From: Tricharina praecox
Taxonomy: Eukaryota
Length of the DNA: 64,000 nucleotides
Reading direction: 5' to 3'
NCBI RefSeq assembly: GCF_024521635.1
Contig: NW_026250429.1
Coordinates: 372,001 to 436,000 of the forward strand
Position 1 is the first letter of the stretch. Every line of letters starts with the position of its first letter. This document shows, in pieces, positions 48,635-63,322 of the stretch. Under the pieces are notes generated by a model. The model saw only the letters and a list, made by a program, of their open reading frames with translations, searched no databases and had not been told where the DNA came from. The translations under genes and the position numbers were made by a program.

Positions 48635-51600
48635 TCAACCACTTCCAACAATATCTCTACTCGCCACGGTGAGGATGATGCCGCAGCCTGTACAGACCAT
48701 AGCAAACGTCGTCCACACGGCGACTCTATGCTGCCAGCTGGCCCTTGATCCACCGGCAAGGAAGATAGTGAGTCCGATCATGCCCGAAGCTATGCACACC
48801 AGGACGCCCACGAACACGCTCAAGTCGACGACAATGTGTTTTCCAATATTCTTTCTGCGGCGTTTGTGGCCGGAGAGGGACTCGCCGATAGCGAGGGCGC
48901 CAGTTACGAGCAGCATCAAGGTGGACAGGAGCAGGAGGCCCAGGTGCCCGGCCTTGTAGGCGGCCCGGCTTCCCGTGCTGGGGTGGTGCGTCTTGAACGT
49001 CGAGTACCCGTGGAAGTCATTGAGCCCGCCGCCGCCGCCGCCCATCTCCGTCTCGCTGTCGGTTTCGCTGTCTGGGCCTACCGGCTCCCGGAGGAGTGGT
49101 GAGTGTTCGCGCGGCACGTGGCTCTTCTTCCGCCCAAAGTGCTTGAACCGCGAGACGGCTTTCAGAACCGGATGCGCAATGTACGCGGAAAGCGTGTCGG
49201 TGTCGTCGTCCTCCATCGAGCTGGAAGATGAAGGGCGCACAAGAATGGTGTAGGGCGTCTCGCGCTCCTCGTCGTCAAACTCGCTCCAGTACCGATTGAC
49301 GGCCGCGGGCTTGTCGTAGGGCCTGCTAGTCCTTCTCTTCTTCTTCTTCCGGGATTCCCGTGACAGTGCGCCGGCATCCGACGTTGCCGGTGTCGACATT
49401 TGGTATTGCAGTCCCGAGTCGCCCGTGACAACGGACGAGTTTTTGGATGAAGAGTTGGAAAAGACCACGCGCGAGGAATTCCTGCGACTATGCATCGGCC
49501 TGGTGGTGGTCGGCGTCTTGCGAATGTCCTTGCTTAGCGCTGGTAGCTTCGGGGTCGTTAGTTGGCGGCCCCAGTAGATACATGTAAGACGGAACCATGA
49601 TAACTCACCCAGAATGGCGGCAACATATGCTTCGGCTCGTAGAGAGCCGCGATCGCATGGACATCTAGAGAGAACCCTGGGACACTCTCAACCTGGACAG
49701 ACACGAATCATCATGAGCAAACTCGCATTCCGGATCTGGTTCGAGCAAATTTTTACATACAATATGGCTTTGCATGAGCTCGGCGACAAACGCGGGCGTT
49801 TGTTTGCTATCCCACAAGATCTCAACGACCGCGTGCGGGAATTCCACGAGCTTGCCTGCGCCCGCTTCGTCCGATGCCACCCAACCGGGCTCGCCAGCGT
49901 TCGCACTCATCACGATATCCCGGTCAAGGGAAGCCCACGCCTCTCCATCGGCCATCGAGCCGCTGAATCGCGTTTTGCGAGACATAATCTTCGCGAGCGG
50001 CGTCACGTCGGGGTGCTTATTGAACCACCCGCGCATCCTGTCGATACTTTGCTTTATCTGCATACACTGGCCATCTTTGAGACTGGTCGTCTCGGCCTTG
50101 GGATTGAGCAGGGCTTCGACGTTTTTTCTTCTGGTCGTCACTGCCAACACTTCGCTACTTGGCAAGTCCTCGGTGTTCAGGATGGCACCAGAGTAATCAG
50201 ACACAACCACGGACGCATCCAAGTCACGCGAGCACCATCGCACTTGGCCGGCAGTTCTCATGACGGCCCTGGAAACCTGGTCGATGGTAACGGTGTTTTG
50301 AATATCCGAAAAGCTACCGAGATCGTCAAGAACCACGTGACCGACTTGATCTCCATACCCCGAGAGGCCCGCGTCCGAGTTTCTCCTAGAAGCCAGCGGG
50401 GTAGCGGGAATGCTACATGCCGGTGTCCACGCCTGGAGCGTGAGATGCTTCAGTAGGAATACCTGCAACTCGATCACACTGCCGAAAGTTAGCTTTCCGT
50501 CTCACTGCGTCAGGAACGGGTAGGGGTGGTGAGGTTACTGGTCATTGTGAACCCAAAAGACCGCCCTACCGCCGCCATTAGCGATACGCGAGGCCCCAAA
50601 AGCAGCATCCCACTCCAATCGGGACTTTGGGTTAGGTGCAGGCGCATAAAGCTGTAGGACGGTCTCTTCAGACGAAAAGCCATCGTTGGTCGAAGGTTTT
50701 CCCTGCTGGGGCGGCGCCGACACGGCCTCGTGGTTATCGTCGGAGAGGTTGCTGATTCTGTCCCTAACCGTAGCCAAAAGTTCCGAAACTACCAGGACGC
50801 TCCGGTCGAAATCGTATCGGTGGAAGGCGGTCGGCGATTCCAGCAGGATGAGAAAACGGTCGGGAAGGCGGCTGGAGCCGGTCCATTTCCGGTACTTTTT
50901 CAGGAGCTTGTGGAAGCCAGTGCGCTGTACGTTGACAAAACGGGCGAGCGATTGAACATCGTGACCAGCTCTGTTTTCCCGCGATCCTTCATCAGCACAG
51001 GGCTGCATGGGATGGGGGCAACCACCACCACCAGCAACATACCGCTCGATCTCCTGCTCGATCTTCAAATACCGTGCAGCAATTTTCGTCGAGCTTTTTG
51101 CGGAGGGCGCGCGCCGCTGCAACTCTAATATTTGCCTTTCGCAACTTGCTGCGGGCTGTCAACACGTGCTCCGACGATTGGTCAGGACTCAAGGGACAAC
51201 GGTAGCTGCTCACCTATGCGTCGATCGATTTCGCCGGCTTTGCTTTTCACGAAAAGATCGATCTAAGATTTTCGCATGTCAAATCTAATTCCAGCCAAAC
51301 AGAAGACGGCTCGCGCCCATCTCTTTTGTGCCACCACGCCCATGACTACCACGCCCCCGGGGATGCATATGTACCCTTCCCAATTGATCCAGGAAAACTT
51401 CAAAGAGCTCGTCCTCGCACGGAGTGGGATCGCCGTTGGCGACTGGACTTTTCTTTGTCGTATAGTGTTTGATCAGCTGCTTGATTTCGTTGTAGTCAAG
51501 GTTATCTGTGTGGGCCGGCCCCGGTCAGAAAGGAAACTCAGTGGGGGTGGCTCGTCGGGGGCTGAAGCAGTCGGGGGCTGAGGCAGTGAGCGGTACGCGG

Positions 51601-51659
51601 GACTCACAAGGAAGCCATTCTTGAACCGAACGCAATGGTAGAGCTTCGCCGTACTTCAT
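48635..51659 (-). CDS. SPX-domain protein with degenerate VTC-like central domain and three C-terminal TM helices (Vtc5-like)
   Basis: MKYGEALPLRSVQEWLP|YNLDYNEIKQLIKHYT, IDLFVKSKAGEIDRRI, LARFVNVQRTGFHKLLKKYRKWTGS, FWVHND, FPHAVVEI.W, RYWSEFDDE, and three hydrophobic segments at the C-terminus. Confidence 0.8.
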
Positions 51660-53951
51660 CGGGGGGGTTCGCGGTGATCGACTGGCGGTGGTGGAGGTGC
51701 GGCGGATTTTCGGACTACGAGCGGGTCGCTGGTGGTAATGTTGTTGGAGATGTTGAGGGGGTAGACGATGAGAGGGTTGCGGTCGTGCAGAACCGTGAGG
51801 CTATTAGAGTGACGCAAACAGCACAGTGTTGGGAGGCGAGGGCGAGAGGCGAGGAGCGAGAGGCGTCGAGCGCGAAATTAGAGTAGCGAAAGCCGAAGAA
51901 GGGTGTCGAGATGAACGGAATGCCGCCGAGACACGGGCAGATAGAGCTACTTAAAGAGCGCACCTGCCTCGATAAGAGATGAAAGGGTTTGGGGAGATGA
52001 TAAGAATTGGAGAGGACGAGTGGCAGCGCGAATGAATGGAGAGCGAGCGCAGACGGTCGCGTGGGATGGCAAAGAGGTGCTCTATGTATAGCGGCATGAG
52101 CGGGAGATGTAGAAGGCGAGATAACTTGGTATTTGGTCGTATGCGCGCTCATCGCATGTACCACCTGTATGGAGTTCACCCAGGTATGCGTAAAGGTAAT
52201 TGGCACGCCTAACGGAACGTACTTTAGGGCGCCGAGAGCAATCATCATGGCAGCAGGGGTGAGTGATGCAGAGCAGGAATCTAGTGGCCGACGAGAAGGC
52301 CGGCTTCTGACGGGGCCAGGTCCTCGTGAAGCGGTGAACGGCGGCGATGGCTGGCCGTTTCGCTGCAATTGAGCCCGTGAGGCCCGAGACCTCCGCGGAG
52401 AGCGTGGATGGAGTACCAAAGTACCTACTCGACCCGTACATATAGGTGGTATCGGTATCCGACGTACGCGGTGTCACCCCAATCACCGCACGGTAGTTGA
52501 CGGACGGCGAAGGGACTCCGGCTGGTACATATCATATCGAAATACCTCCTATTACCTATTCTTCAGTTCAATTTCAAGCGAGCTGAACCACATCCTGCGC
52601 TGCTCACTCTGCTTATGACTTTGGAACGAGAGTCCATGCCGGGCTTCGGGGATGTCGGCCCTGCGTGTGAAAAATTTTGATCTGTTGCGGCACATGGGCC
52701 CTCGCCGTTTGATTGAAACATCAGGCTGTAGGAGGTTATCGATAACGGAAGTTCTCTTTCATCCAGACTGAGTGCCCGCATAGGAAGGGTGCAACCCATC
52801 CACACCTGTCCACTTTCAGCGATACTGTGGAATAGGTGCTATACGGGACCAAGTGGATCTTCGACGACTACGGTACTCGAGTCTCGAGTAGGATAGGATG
52901 GGTACATATGATACCCGGTACATCTTGAAGAAGTTCGAGCTCTTGCTCTCTCGGATGGTGCCGAACCGTGCGAGTGGAGTGCATTAGGTAAGACTCTAGG
53001 CTCGGCTAGAGTAGCTTCGTGGCCGGCGGAGTCTTGGGCCGATGCGTCCGTAGCGGCCGCTCGGGTTGTGGCGGATGTGTGCTTAGGCGGACAACCTTCT
53101 GGATCAAAATAGGCCCGAACAGAGAAGGCTGATTCGATTGTCACATAGGGATGGGACTACATAACCTATCGCAACCGCAAAGCATGTGAGAAGCTCTGCA
53201 TCTTCTTTGGCGTCGTGCGCGTCAACGGGCTCAAACACGAGAGGGCGCAGGGTCTGGGAGAAAAAATGATTGGACGATGCCGGCAGATGTTTTACAGCGA
53301 GACATATGTAATCATCACCACAGCAAGGTTCCCCAGATAATCCCTCTTCGATACCGGACCCGTGTAGAGTGGGGCGCGCACGACATTGATGGGGATATGT
53401 AGCAATCTGCGAGTGAGGATCAGCAGCTATCGATATCCATGCGAATTCGAAGCGCGGAGCACTGCCCGGAGTATCACTTGCGTTTGCGGCGCGACGGTCA
53501 TGGAAGTCAGAGGATGAAGATACCACCTTTGAAATTCATTGGACGCAGAGTTCATAGCAGCTGTCAGCTATCTTCTCCTGTATGCGGTTGGTTGTCGTGT
53601 GTGTGTATGAGAGAGAGACATCAATCTATTGTCGCATATGGGTACGACCTGTCAGGTTGCTGTTGTGCAGGCCAATTTGCAATGAGAAATTTCACGTGAG
53701 CGAGTGACATCCTCTGGACTTCAGATCAGATAAGATAAACATCATGCGGCTCAATTTCGTCTGCGTTGAAAATTAAGAGTGGCACCCACTTTTGTGACTG
53801 CTTTTTCACTAGGGCACACTAAAACCAAGCCCTCGTAGCACAGCTCCGACAAGTTCGCCCCACGCCAAAACGTCGCATCAAGAGCAGCCATCCACAACCC
53901 GCCCGACGACGATACTCTCCGAACCCTCATCAACTAACGAAATCAGCCAAG

Positions 53952-54749
53952 ATGGGAAAGTGCGTACCACCCGCAATCCTCATGTTCCCGAATTCCGGGG
54001 GAACAAAACAACACAAAATACTGACAATTTCGCAGAGGAAAGCCAAGAGGTCTCAACGCCGCGCGCAAGCTCCGCAATCACCGCCGTGATAAGTACGACT
54101 CTCCCATCGCGACCGTCGCACTCCGCCAAAATCGACTCGAGACAGTAAACTGACCAGCTGTGTAGTCGCTGGGCCGATCTTTCCTTCAAGAAGAGACTTC
54201 TCGGAACCGCCTTCAAGTCGTCCCCCTTCGGAGGATCCTCGCACGCCAAGGGAATCGTCCTTGAGAAAGTCGGTGTTGAGGCCAAGCAGCCCAACTCCGC
54301 TATCCGAAAGTGTGTCAGGGTTCAGCTCATCAAGAACGGAAAGAAGGTCACTGCTTTCGGTATGCTTCTCTCCCGAATCTCGAATTGCGGTGGAAAGCTG
54401 GGTGGCGGGAGTGGATGCAAGCGGGCGACGAGCTTGGGGTTGAGGCGGAGGAGGAGGAGGGCATTCGACGATTGACGACAGAGCAACGACTAACATGCCC
54501 CTCTCGTTTAGTTCCCAATGACGGTTGTCTGAACTTTGTCGACGAGAACGACGAGGTTCTCCTCGCCGGTTTCGGTCGTAAGGGAAAGGCGAAGGGAGAT
54601 ATTCCCGGAGTCCGTTTCAAGGTCGTCAAGGTTTCCGGTGTCGGACTTCACGCGTAAGTTTACACAGCCACCGCCGCCGCTACCGCTCACATACTGACAT
54701 GCTGGGATACAGTCTGTGGTCCGAGAAGAAGGAGAAGCCTAGATCGTAA
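53952..54749 (+). CDS. RPS23: 40S ribosomal protein S23 (uS12), 5 exons
   Basis: [100 protein letters not shown]. Confidence 0.97.
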
Positions 54750-55317
54750 ACGGTTGATGGTCTGGGAATAAAAATCTCTTTTACGAACTGGAGTTCTGCG
54801 ACTTTTTGCATCTGTATTCCCATCGAGGTTAAACTGGTATACGGCGATGTGGGGTCATTTCTTTCTCGGGTACCGGGCACTGCAGCCATCCATTCAAACG
54901 GTTGAAATTGAATCAACGATGGGAATACAAAGTCCCGGTCCGTGATGGGTCGCAATGCTGTTTCCCTGTGATGTTTGCTACCTAGTTGATAATTTAATCG
55001 CCGCGCTGGCGAAGCTCCAACTCTCCACCAGCCCTATCTACCTATACCAGTCTACCATGCCTAACTAACTTGTCATCAACGTCATCGAACCGTTCTAAGC
55101 ATGCTCCAACCCCAGATTTTCAAGCCACAAATCAACTGCATGTCCTAGCGCCCTGGCCCTCGTGGGTCAATTTGGGCACCTCGCGGTTCTTTGTCGGATG
55201 CTACCCCTCCCTCGCCATGAACACCCGTCACTCATCCTCTCCAGCCCCTAACGATCCATCCCCTTAACCTCACTCAACCCATCATCACCCCATCACTCGC
55301 CCCCCCCCCTTCAAAGT

Positions 55318-55512
55318 TCATCGGGGCCCAGACCCAACCCCGGTAACATGCCGTCTACAAATAGGACATGGCCAGAAAGGGCGTGTACTCAGCGGCGTGG
55401 CGGCGTGGCACTCCCGGTGCACGCTCGCGCCGGGGCAGGCGCATGGGAGAGGCATCAACGACTTCAGCGCTGCGTGCTGGATTCGCCGGCGGCATATGAG
55501 GCAGATGGGCAT
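55318..55512 (-). pseudogene. RING-variant (C4HC3-like) zinc finger fragment; upstream frame disrupted
   Basis: CLIC..PLPCACP..VHREC..WPCPIC spacing; upstream low-complexity sequence to ~56260 has stops in the frames I read. Confidence 0.45.
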
Positions 55513-56470
55513 TGCTGGATGGGACTCGTGGATGAGGGGAAGGGGGGGATGCGTAGGGGGTGGGACTCGTGGGTAGGCACGGGGATAGGGATGGGACTTG
55601 TGGATGCGTAGGGGTGGATGGGATGGATGGGAAGAGCGGATGAGGGGCGGGTGAGTCGGTGGTCGGTGGGCGATGGCTTTATGCCGAGGAGGGAGGGGGA
55701 AGACGGGAGGGCCGAGTTGAATGGCGGAGGAGGTGGGAGCTTCAATTGGGGTGGGCTTCTATGCTACTTGATGCTTCTGCTTCTGCTTCTGCTTCTGCTT
55801 GATGCTTCAATTAGGGTGGATGGCTTCTACTTGATGCTCCTGCCTCTGCTTCTGCCTTACTTGCCGAGTCGGTTCGTATCTTGTGGTTGACCGCCGCCTG
55901 GGCTTAGTTTTTGGTGCATATCTCGGCGGTGAAGTTCGAGTTGGAGTTCGAGTTGAGTGATGAAGTACCTATCTGGATGCGGGTCCGGGTTGACGGTTTG
56001 GCGGTTTGGTGGCCGTGCTATACCAACGACATCCGTCCGTTCTGCTTGTGTTTCCCATCTACTGGCATAGGTATGTTCGAGTCACTTCTCGCAAGCTGGC
56101 TGGCTGTTTCAGCTGTAGCTGTAGCTGTAGGACTAGATCTACTAGTAGACGAGTCGTCCTCCGGGTCACTATTACTCCAGGCCGAGTGACAGGTATCATA
56201 CCAGCCAACGGCGTATCTCGTCTCTATTGCAGCAGTAGGTATCGGGGGGCAGAACACCATAGGTAGTATAATCCAATCCATCCATCGTCATAGCAAACAT
56301 GTATCCCAAACGCACCCGGCCAAAAAAGTTAAAGAAACAGAAAAAACTCCGCATTCATAACCTCCATCATCACGTCTCGTCCCTTCCCGTGCGTCCGTGC
56401 AATCCGTCCATAAGGTAATCGAAATATGATACACCCCCCTCCCCCCTCCCCCCTCCCTGCCTCCCCACAT

Positions 56471-57240
56471 TCACGCCTTCTTCTTCTCCGCCTGCATCCC
56501 CACCCCCATCGCCGGCACCGCCTTTTTCCTCCTCAACGCGACCACCTGCGCCCACGCCCAGACCAATACCAGCATGATCACGGTAACGACCTGTCCCACG
56601 GCAAAGCTCCACACCTGAATACTGACGCTGCCCCTTGGCGCGCGGGGGAACGAGAGGCCACGCTCGACCACGCCGGGCACCCAACCTTGCGGCAGCCAGA
56701 ACATCGGCGACTTCGAGTACCAGAACTGCAGGAACAGGCGCAGGCCCGTCGTCAGCAGCCAGCGCGCGCTGCGCGCGCGCGAGTCGAACGTTGCGCGGTA
56801 AGTTGCGATTGAGGCGTCTGTAGACAGACCGGGGTTAGTGACGGGAGGAAGAGGGGGGAGGGCGGGCGGGGGCAACTACTGATGCTCTCGAGCTCGACGA
56901 CCTTTTTGTCGTGTGTGCGGCGCACCTTTGCCCACCGCGCGAACTCGTCCTGGCTGCTCGTGGCGGCAAGCTCGGTCTTGAGTTTTAGCACTTCTTGCCG
57001 CACGGCGGCGGCTTTGGGGATCGCGGCGGCGACGGGAGACGTGCGGTGCAAAGCTGTGTACAATTTCCATAGCTGTGCGGCGGTGTGTTAGAGATGATGG
57101 GATGGGATGATGGCCACGGGGATAGGGAGGGTTGGGGGATGGGGGAGGATGCGTACGACGGCGTTGATCGCGGGTGCCCCGATCGTGCTTAACAGGTTGG
57201 TAGCGACGGTGAGGACGACGACGACGAGGAGGAGCGACAT
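56471..57240 (-). CDS. GET1: Guided entry of tail-anchored proteins 1 (WRB/CHD5 family), 3 exons
   Basis: N-terminal TM; TSSQDEFARWAKVRRTHDK coiled coil; FWYSKSPMFWLPQGWVP; SFPRAPRGSVSIQVW. Confidence 0.92.
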
Positions 57241-57772
57241 GATCGCGGCGGCCGGGGTGGTTGTGGTGGAGTTTGTGGATTGCGTGCGGGCGGAGGCGAA
57301 GGGTTGTTTGTTATAAGTAGAGTAAGGACTGGCTCGCATGGGACACGGTGACACCAGAGGCCAGCGCGGAAACTTTGTTGAGGGTGGTCGGGTTATTCCG
57401 TTGCTGCTGGCTGGGGTCGGTTGATGACATCCTGGCACGGGATTGTATCTAGCGGGTTCTATCATTCATAAGTCTCACCCTCCCACGGGCTCATATAGTC
57501 TCACTCACTCAACTTCGTCATCGCCTGGAAAGGTTGTAGGCGAAATATCTCTCTCTTTTTCTCTATCTCGCAACCTAAAAAGAGCTCCCGACCTCTTCGA
57601 GAACCAAACCTACTACACGGACAGGTTCGCTTTGGCGACCGACACTAGGGAGTCTCCGGACGGGCAGCCGACAGCTCACAATCAACATCACACCCATACC
57701 TATCACCTCCAAAACCCCACTACACTCACCGCTCGACCAAACACTCCAACACGACACTCGCCCACAACAAAA

Positions 57773-58056
57773 ATGGGCTCCACTCTGCGCTCCAACCAGC
57801 CTATCCGACAGCCCGCCAACCTGATACTCTCGAGGGCGAGGATACTGGCGGAAATACAACTGCTCGTGGCGCAGATTGCCGAGTTGAGGCGCAGGGTGGA
57901 GGCGTTGAATGAGGTGCGTACTCTCATCTGTCATTGGACAAGCTGTATGGTGTCACTGATGGGGGTTTGTAGATGGTCAAGATGCACGGGGCTTTGCTGA
58001 ATGGCATTGTTGGCGGTAACCAGGACGGTGGTGATGTGGTGATTGATGGGAATTAG
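57773..58056 (+). CDS. Small hypothetical coiled-coil protein (~74 aa), 2 exons
   Basis: aaaaATG at 57773; RILAEIQLLVAQIAELRRRVEALNE; intron 57914-57972 (GTGCGT..CTGAT..TAG); MVKMHGALL..DGN*. Confidence 0.5.
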
Positions 58057-58155
58057 AGTAGTTGTGGGAAGGTCACACACGGCGATGATGCCCCAGTGCT
58101 GGGTCAAAGTTCTTTGTTCATCATAAGCCCCCAGGCCGTCTATACACACACGCAT

Positions 58156-59987
<1,832 letters not shown>

Positions 59988-60543
59988 TCACACATCATCC
60001 GTCACCGCCGACGTGTACTAGGTGGCATTTGTCATGACTGCGCGCACATTATTTCCCGAGCGCTACAGGCTTTGTGCAACTGAGATTACAAACAGGAACG
60101 CGCGGAGGACAAGCATGGGAGCTCCGAGTCCGAACCGGAGAATCTGCCGACGCCGACGGCGCATTACTCAGGTATTCTCCGGTGCCGAAATACCGGTACA
60201 TACAATGTGATGCTTGATTCGTTGAGTGCCGCGAACGGGTGCCGACATGCAGGCGGAGATACCCATCTAGAGTGGATAGTACCTGGCTAGGTAGCTGGGG
60301 TGCATGAAGATGTAGGGATGCATCTTGAACGTGCTGTGGATTGGCTCGGGGAAGCCACCACTCACTGGCTGTGAGTGGCCGGCCAGCAAGAGACATCTCA
60401 GACCGAGGGCTTCCATGGGAGAAACCCGAGTCCGAGTGTTTCCAACTCACGGAGATCCCCGCACGCTAGCTACATAGCTAACATTTTTCCGACCTCGAAT
60501 CCTTCCCCGCAGCTTCCTTCGCCTACAACCTCCCCGCACAACA

Positions 60544-61467
60544 ATGTCCGTCTCCGCTCTTGGCCTGAGCACGCTCCGACTCCCCAGCCTCCGGCGGCTC
60601 TCCTGCCTGGTGGGTCTCAACATGTCTGGCGCGAAGCCGGCGCTCATCGACGCCCTCACGGCCGTGCACCCCACGCCGACCCCACCGACCCGCATCCTGA
60701 GCATCGACATGGGCATCCGCAACCTGGCCTACTGCGTTCTGGACCTAAACACGCTTCCGTTGCCGAAGCTGACTACCTGGACCCGCATCGTCCTCCCGCT
60801 CTCAGTCGACAGCTTGGGCGCCTCAATCAATCTCCCCGCCTTTGCGGCAGCAACGCATACACTGGCAACAGAGCTGCTGCGAGACCACGCCCCGTCGCAT
60901 ATCCTTATCGAGCGGCAGCGATGGCGCTCCCAGGGCGGGCCCGGAGTGCAGGAGTGGACGATCCGCGTCAATACCGTTGAGGCGATGCTGCACACCTCGC
61001 TGTTGGAACAGCGGCTGGCCGGGAACTGGGATGGGCACGTGGAGAGTGTGGACCCAGGGAGGGTGGCGAGACTGTGGGTGCCCCAGAAGGAGAGGACGAC
61101 TGCGGCGGCTGTCAAGACGCTCAAGAAGGAGGTTGTTAAGGAGTGGTTGAGAAAGGAAGACGTGGTGATGATGGGGGATAACGGGCCGGAGATGACGGCG
61201 GAGCTGCTGCTGCTGGCGGGAACGAGGCGTCCCGAGAAGTTGAGTGGGGAGAGGGTTACAGCCGCGGAGAAGAAGGTGGATGATTTGGCGGATTGTCTAC
61301 TGCAGGCGGTTGCGTGGCTTAGATGGCAGGAAGGGAGGAGACGGTTGCAGGAGGGGAAGATGCCGTTGGAGTTGGAGGTGCTACCAACGCTGCCGACACC
61401 GGCAGTGCCATTGGAGTTGGGATTGGAGTTGGGATCGGAGTTGGACCACACGATGGACCTCCGCTGA
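60544..61467 (+). CDS. Mitochondrial Holliday junction resolvase Ydc2/Cce1 family
   Basis: N-terminal SAP-like segment (SGAKPALIDAL), RILSIDMGIRNLAYC, ILIERQRWRS, EWTIRVNTVEAML, KKVDDLADCLLQA. Confidence 0.9.
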   Translation: MSVSALGLSTLRLPSLRRLSCLVGLNMSGAKPALIDALTAVHPTPTPPTRILSIDMGIRNLAYCVLDLNTLPLPKLTTWTRIVLPLSVDSLGASINLPAFAAATHTLATELLRDHAPSHILIERQRWRSQGGPGVQEWTIRVNTVEAMLHTSLLEQRLAGNWDGHVESVDPGRVARLWVPQKERTTAAAVKTLKKEVVKEWLRKEDVVMMGDNGPEMTAELLLLAGTRRPEKLSGERVTAAEKKVDDLADCLLQAVAWLRWQEGRRRLQEGKMPLELEVLPTLPTPAVPLELGLELGSELDHTMDLR

Positions 61468-61781
61468 ATCACCATTAGGTCTGCTGTGGTTAATAGAAGC
61501 GTGCAACAGCGGCTGTAAAAGCGTCTCCACGACATATTAGGTCTAAAAGCCGCAACTCAGAATCAGCAAGACTGGAGAAGCACTAGCGAATGAGGACACT
61601 GTAGCGCATGGCACGGCGGGATATCATGGCAAATAGACGGCGACATGGGCCATAAAATCATAGAGTTAAGGGGTGGTGAGCATTATCATATAGGCAATAC
61701 CTGCCGATTCTACTCTTGGTGTCTATCAGTCTATTACGCCGTGACGCCATCCAATCCATCCAAACCAAATATACACTATCT

Positions 61782-62887
61782 CTACTGCTGGTGAGGTTTT
61801 CCCTGTGCCTGTTCTCTCTGCCGCGCCAAGTTGGACATGAGACTCACCCAGTTCCGGCTCGCCCCCTCCGCCTCTTCCCGGAGTGAATCTAGATTTACCC
61901 TATTCGGCAACCTCTCCTTCCTGACCTCCATCACCTCCTCATCTCGCATCAGCTCCTTACCCCCGGAATCCTCCTTGATCCACCACTCCACAGACTTCCC
62001 TCTCAACTCCGGATCCCTCATGACCGTCTGCTTCAGCAGCCCGCCGACTTGCATAAGGGTAGCCGCATTCTGAATTTTCTTCAGCGCCTCGTCGACCCTT
62101 TCCTCAGCTATGACGCCCTCCCAGCCCAGCATCCACCTTCTTGTCGCACTCAACCACAATACTAGCCCCAGCAGCGCATCTATCGCCGCAAAGCCGACCA
62201 AGCGCACGGTCCTCATACTCCAGTAATGCCAAACAGTCGTCCAATTAGTCTGCCAACCCCAAACAGCGATATTATCCTGATACTTTTGTAGTCGCCAGAG
62301 CTCGTAGGCAGGCAGGGCCAGCATGGGGACAGAAGCGTAGAAGCGCCAATACGGGCCGAAGCGGCCGAAGCGGCCATTCGTCAGCACGCCGATAAACGCC
62401 GCGTGGAGGAGATGCGGCAGCAGGATCCGCGGCGCGGCGTAGATCAGGAAGGACTGTGGCGCGGAAAAGCTGCACCAGCTGCAGTGCAGTAATGGCGTCG
62501 GCCCCACCCACGCGTAGATCAGGCGGCCTTCCGCCGCGCTGAGGAGCGTGCGCAGTGTCGTGTCCACGGAAGTCAGGTTGCGGTACGTGGATAGCGCGGT
62601 GAATACATCCGACGCGTGCGTGGATAGGTCCGTCTTCGTCGCGAGGTACACGTTCTCGGGCGCGAAGTAGGGCGTGCTGAGCGCGAGGAAGAGGATGGAG
62701 CTCAGGAAGAGGATGTCGAGCAGGCGTTTGGTCGTTGCCGGCAGTGGGATCGTCGATGCTTGCCCGCGGTACAGGAATTGCGCTTTTTGGTAGAGGACGG
62801 GGACGAAGAAGACGAGGAGTCTGCAAGGTGTTAGTCCCGTCTGTGCAGGGGAGTGGAAGGGAGGTCCTACCCCACGTAGAGGTTCAT
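61782..62887 (-). CDS. Conserved fungal multi-pass membrane protein of unknown function, 2 exons
   Basis: MNLYVG, intron ~62822-62870; PENVY, GRLIYAWVGP.PLLHCSWC, LLPHLLHAAFIGVLT, LWLSATRR; C-terminal coiled region. Confidence 0.7.
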
Positions 62888-63322
62888 GGCGAGGAGCGTG
62901 TGTAATGGTTGTGCTTAGGTGGAAGGTGCCGGGGTGAGCTCCTGTGCAAGTAGGGCCCCTGCCAAGACATCTACCACCGATATGCGACGGTAGCCAAAAG
63001 AATGAATACAAAAGAATAGACAAATCAAAGTGAATGACAACGAGATCTGCATGGCCATTCGACTTGTGTCTCCACGAGTGAGCTTGACCCGACCCCCAGA
63101 AAACCGCATTCCCTCCCTGCCTCCGAGTGATGCCGTGTGCAAAGCCACACCCCGCCGTCCCATCCTTGGCGTTAGATGGCGCTAGTCACTAGCCAAAAGC
63201 CCGCAGGTCGCGAAAAAAAAAAACCTAACTTATCTTCACGCCCGAACAGTCCCCAACCCATCAACCTCTCCCTCTCCTCCACAACTTCCTCCTCCACACA
63301 CACCCACACGCACACATACAAA

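Noticed and set aside
52400..53750. ORFs 52839-53144 and 53104-53526
   Set aside because: No family resemblance; one has a near-cognate start; treated as intergenic.
54360..54510. Possible intronic snoRNA in the long RPS23 intron
   Set aside because: No box C/D (RTGATGA..CTGA) or convincing H/ACA structure seen.
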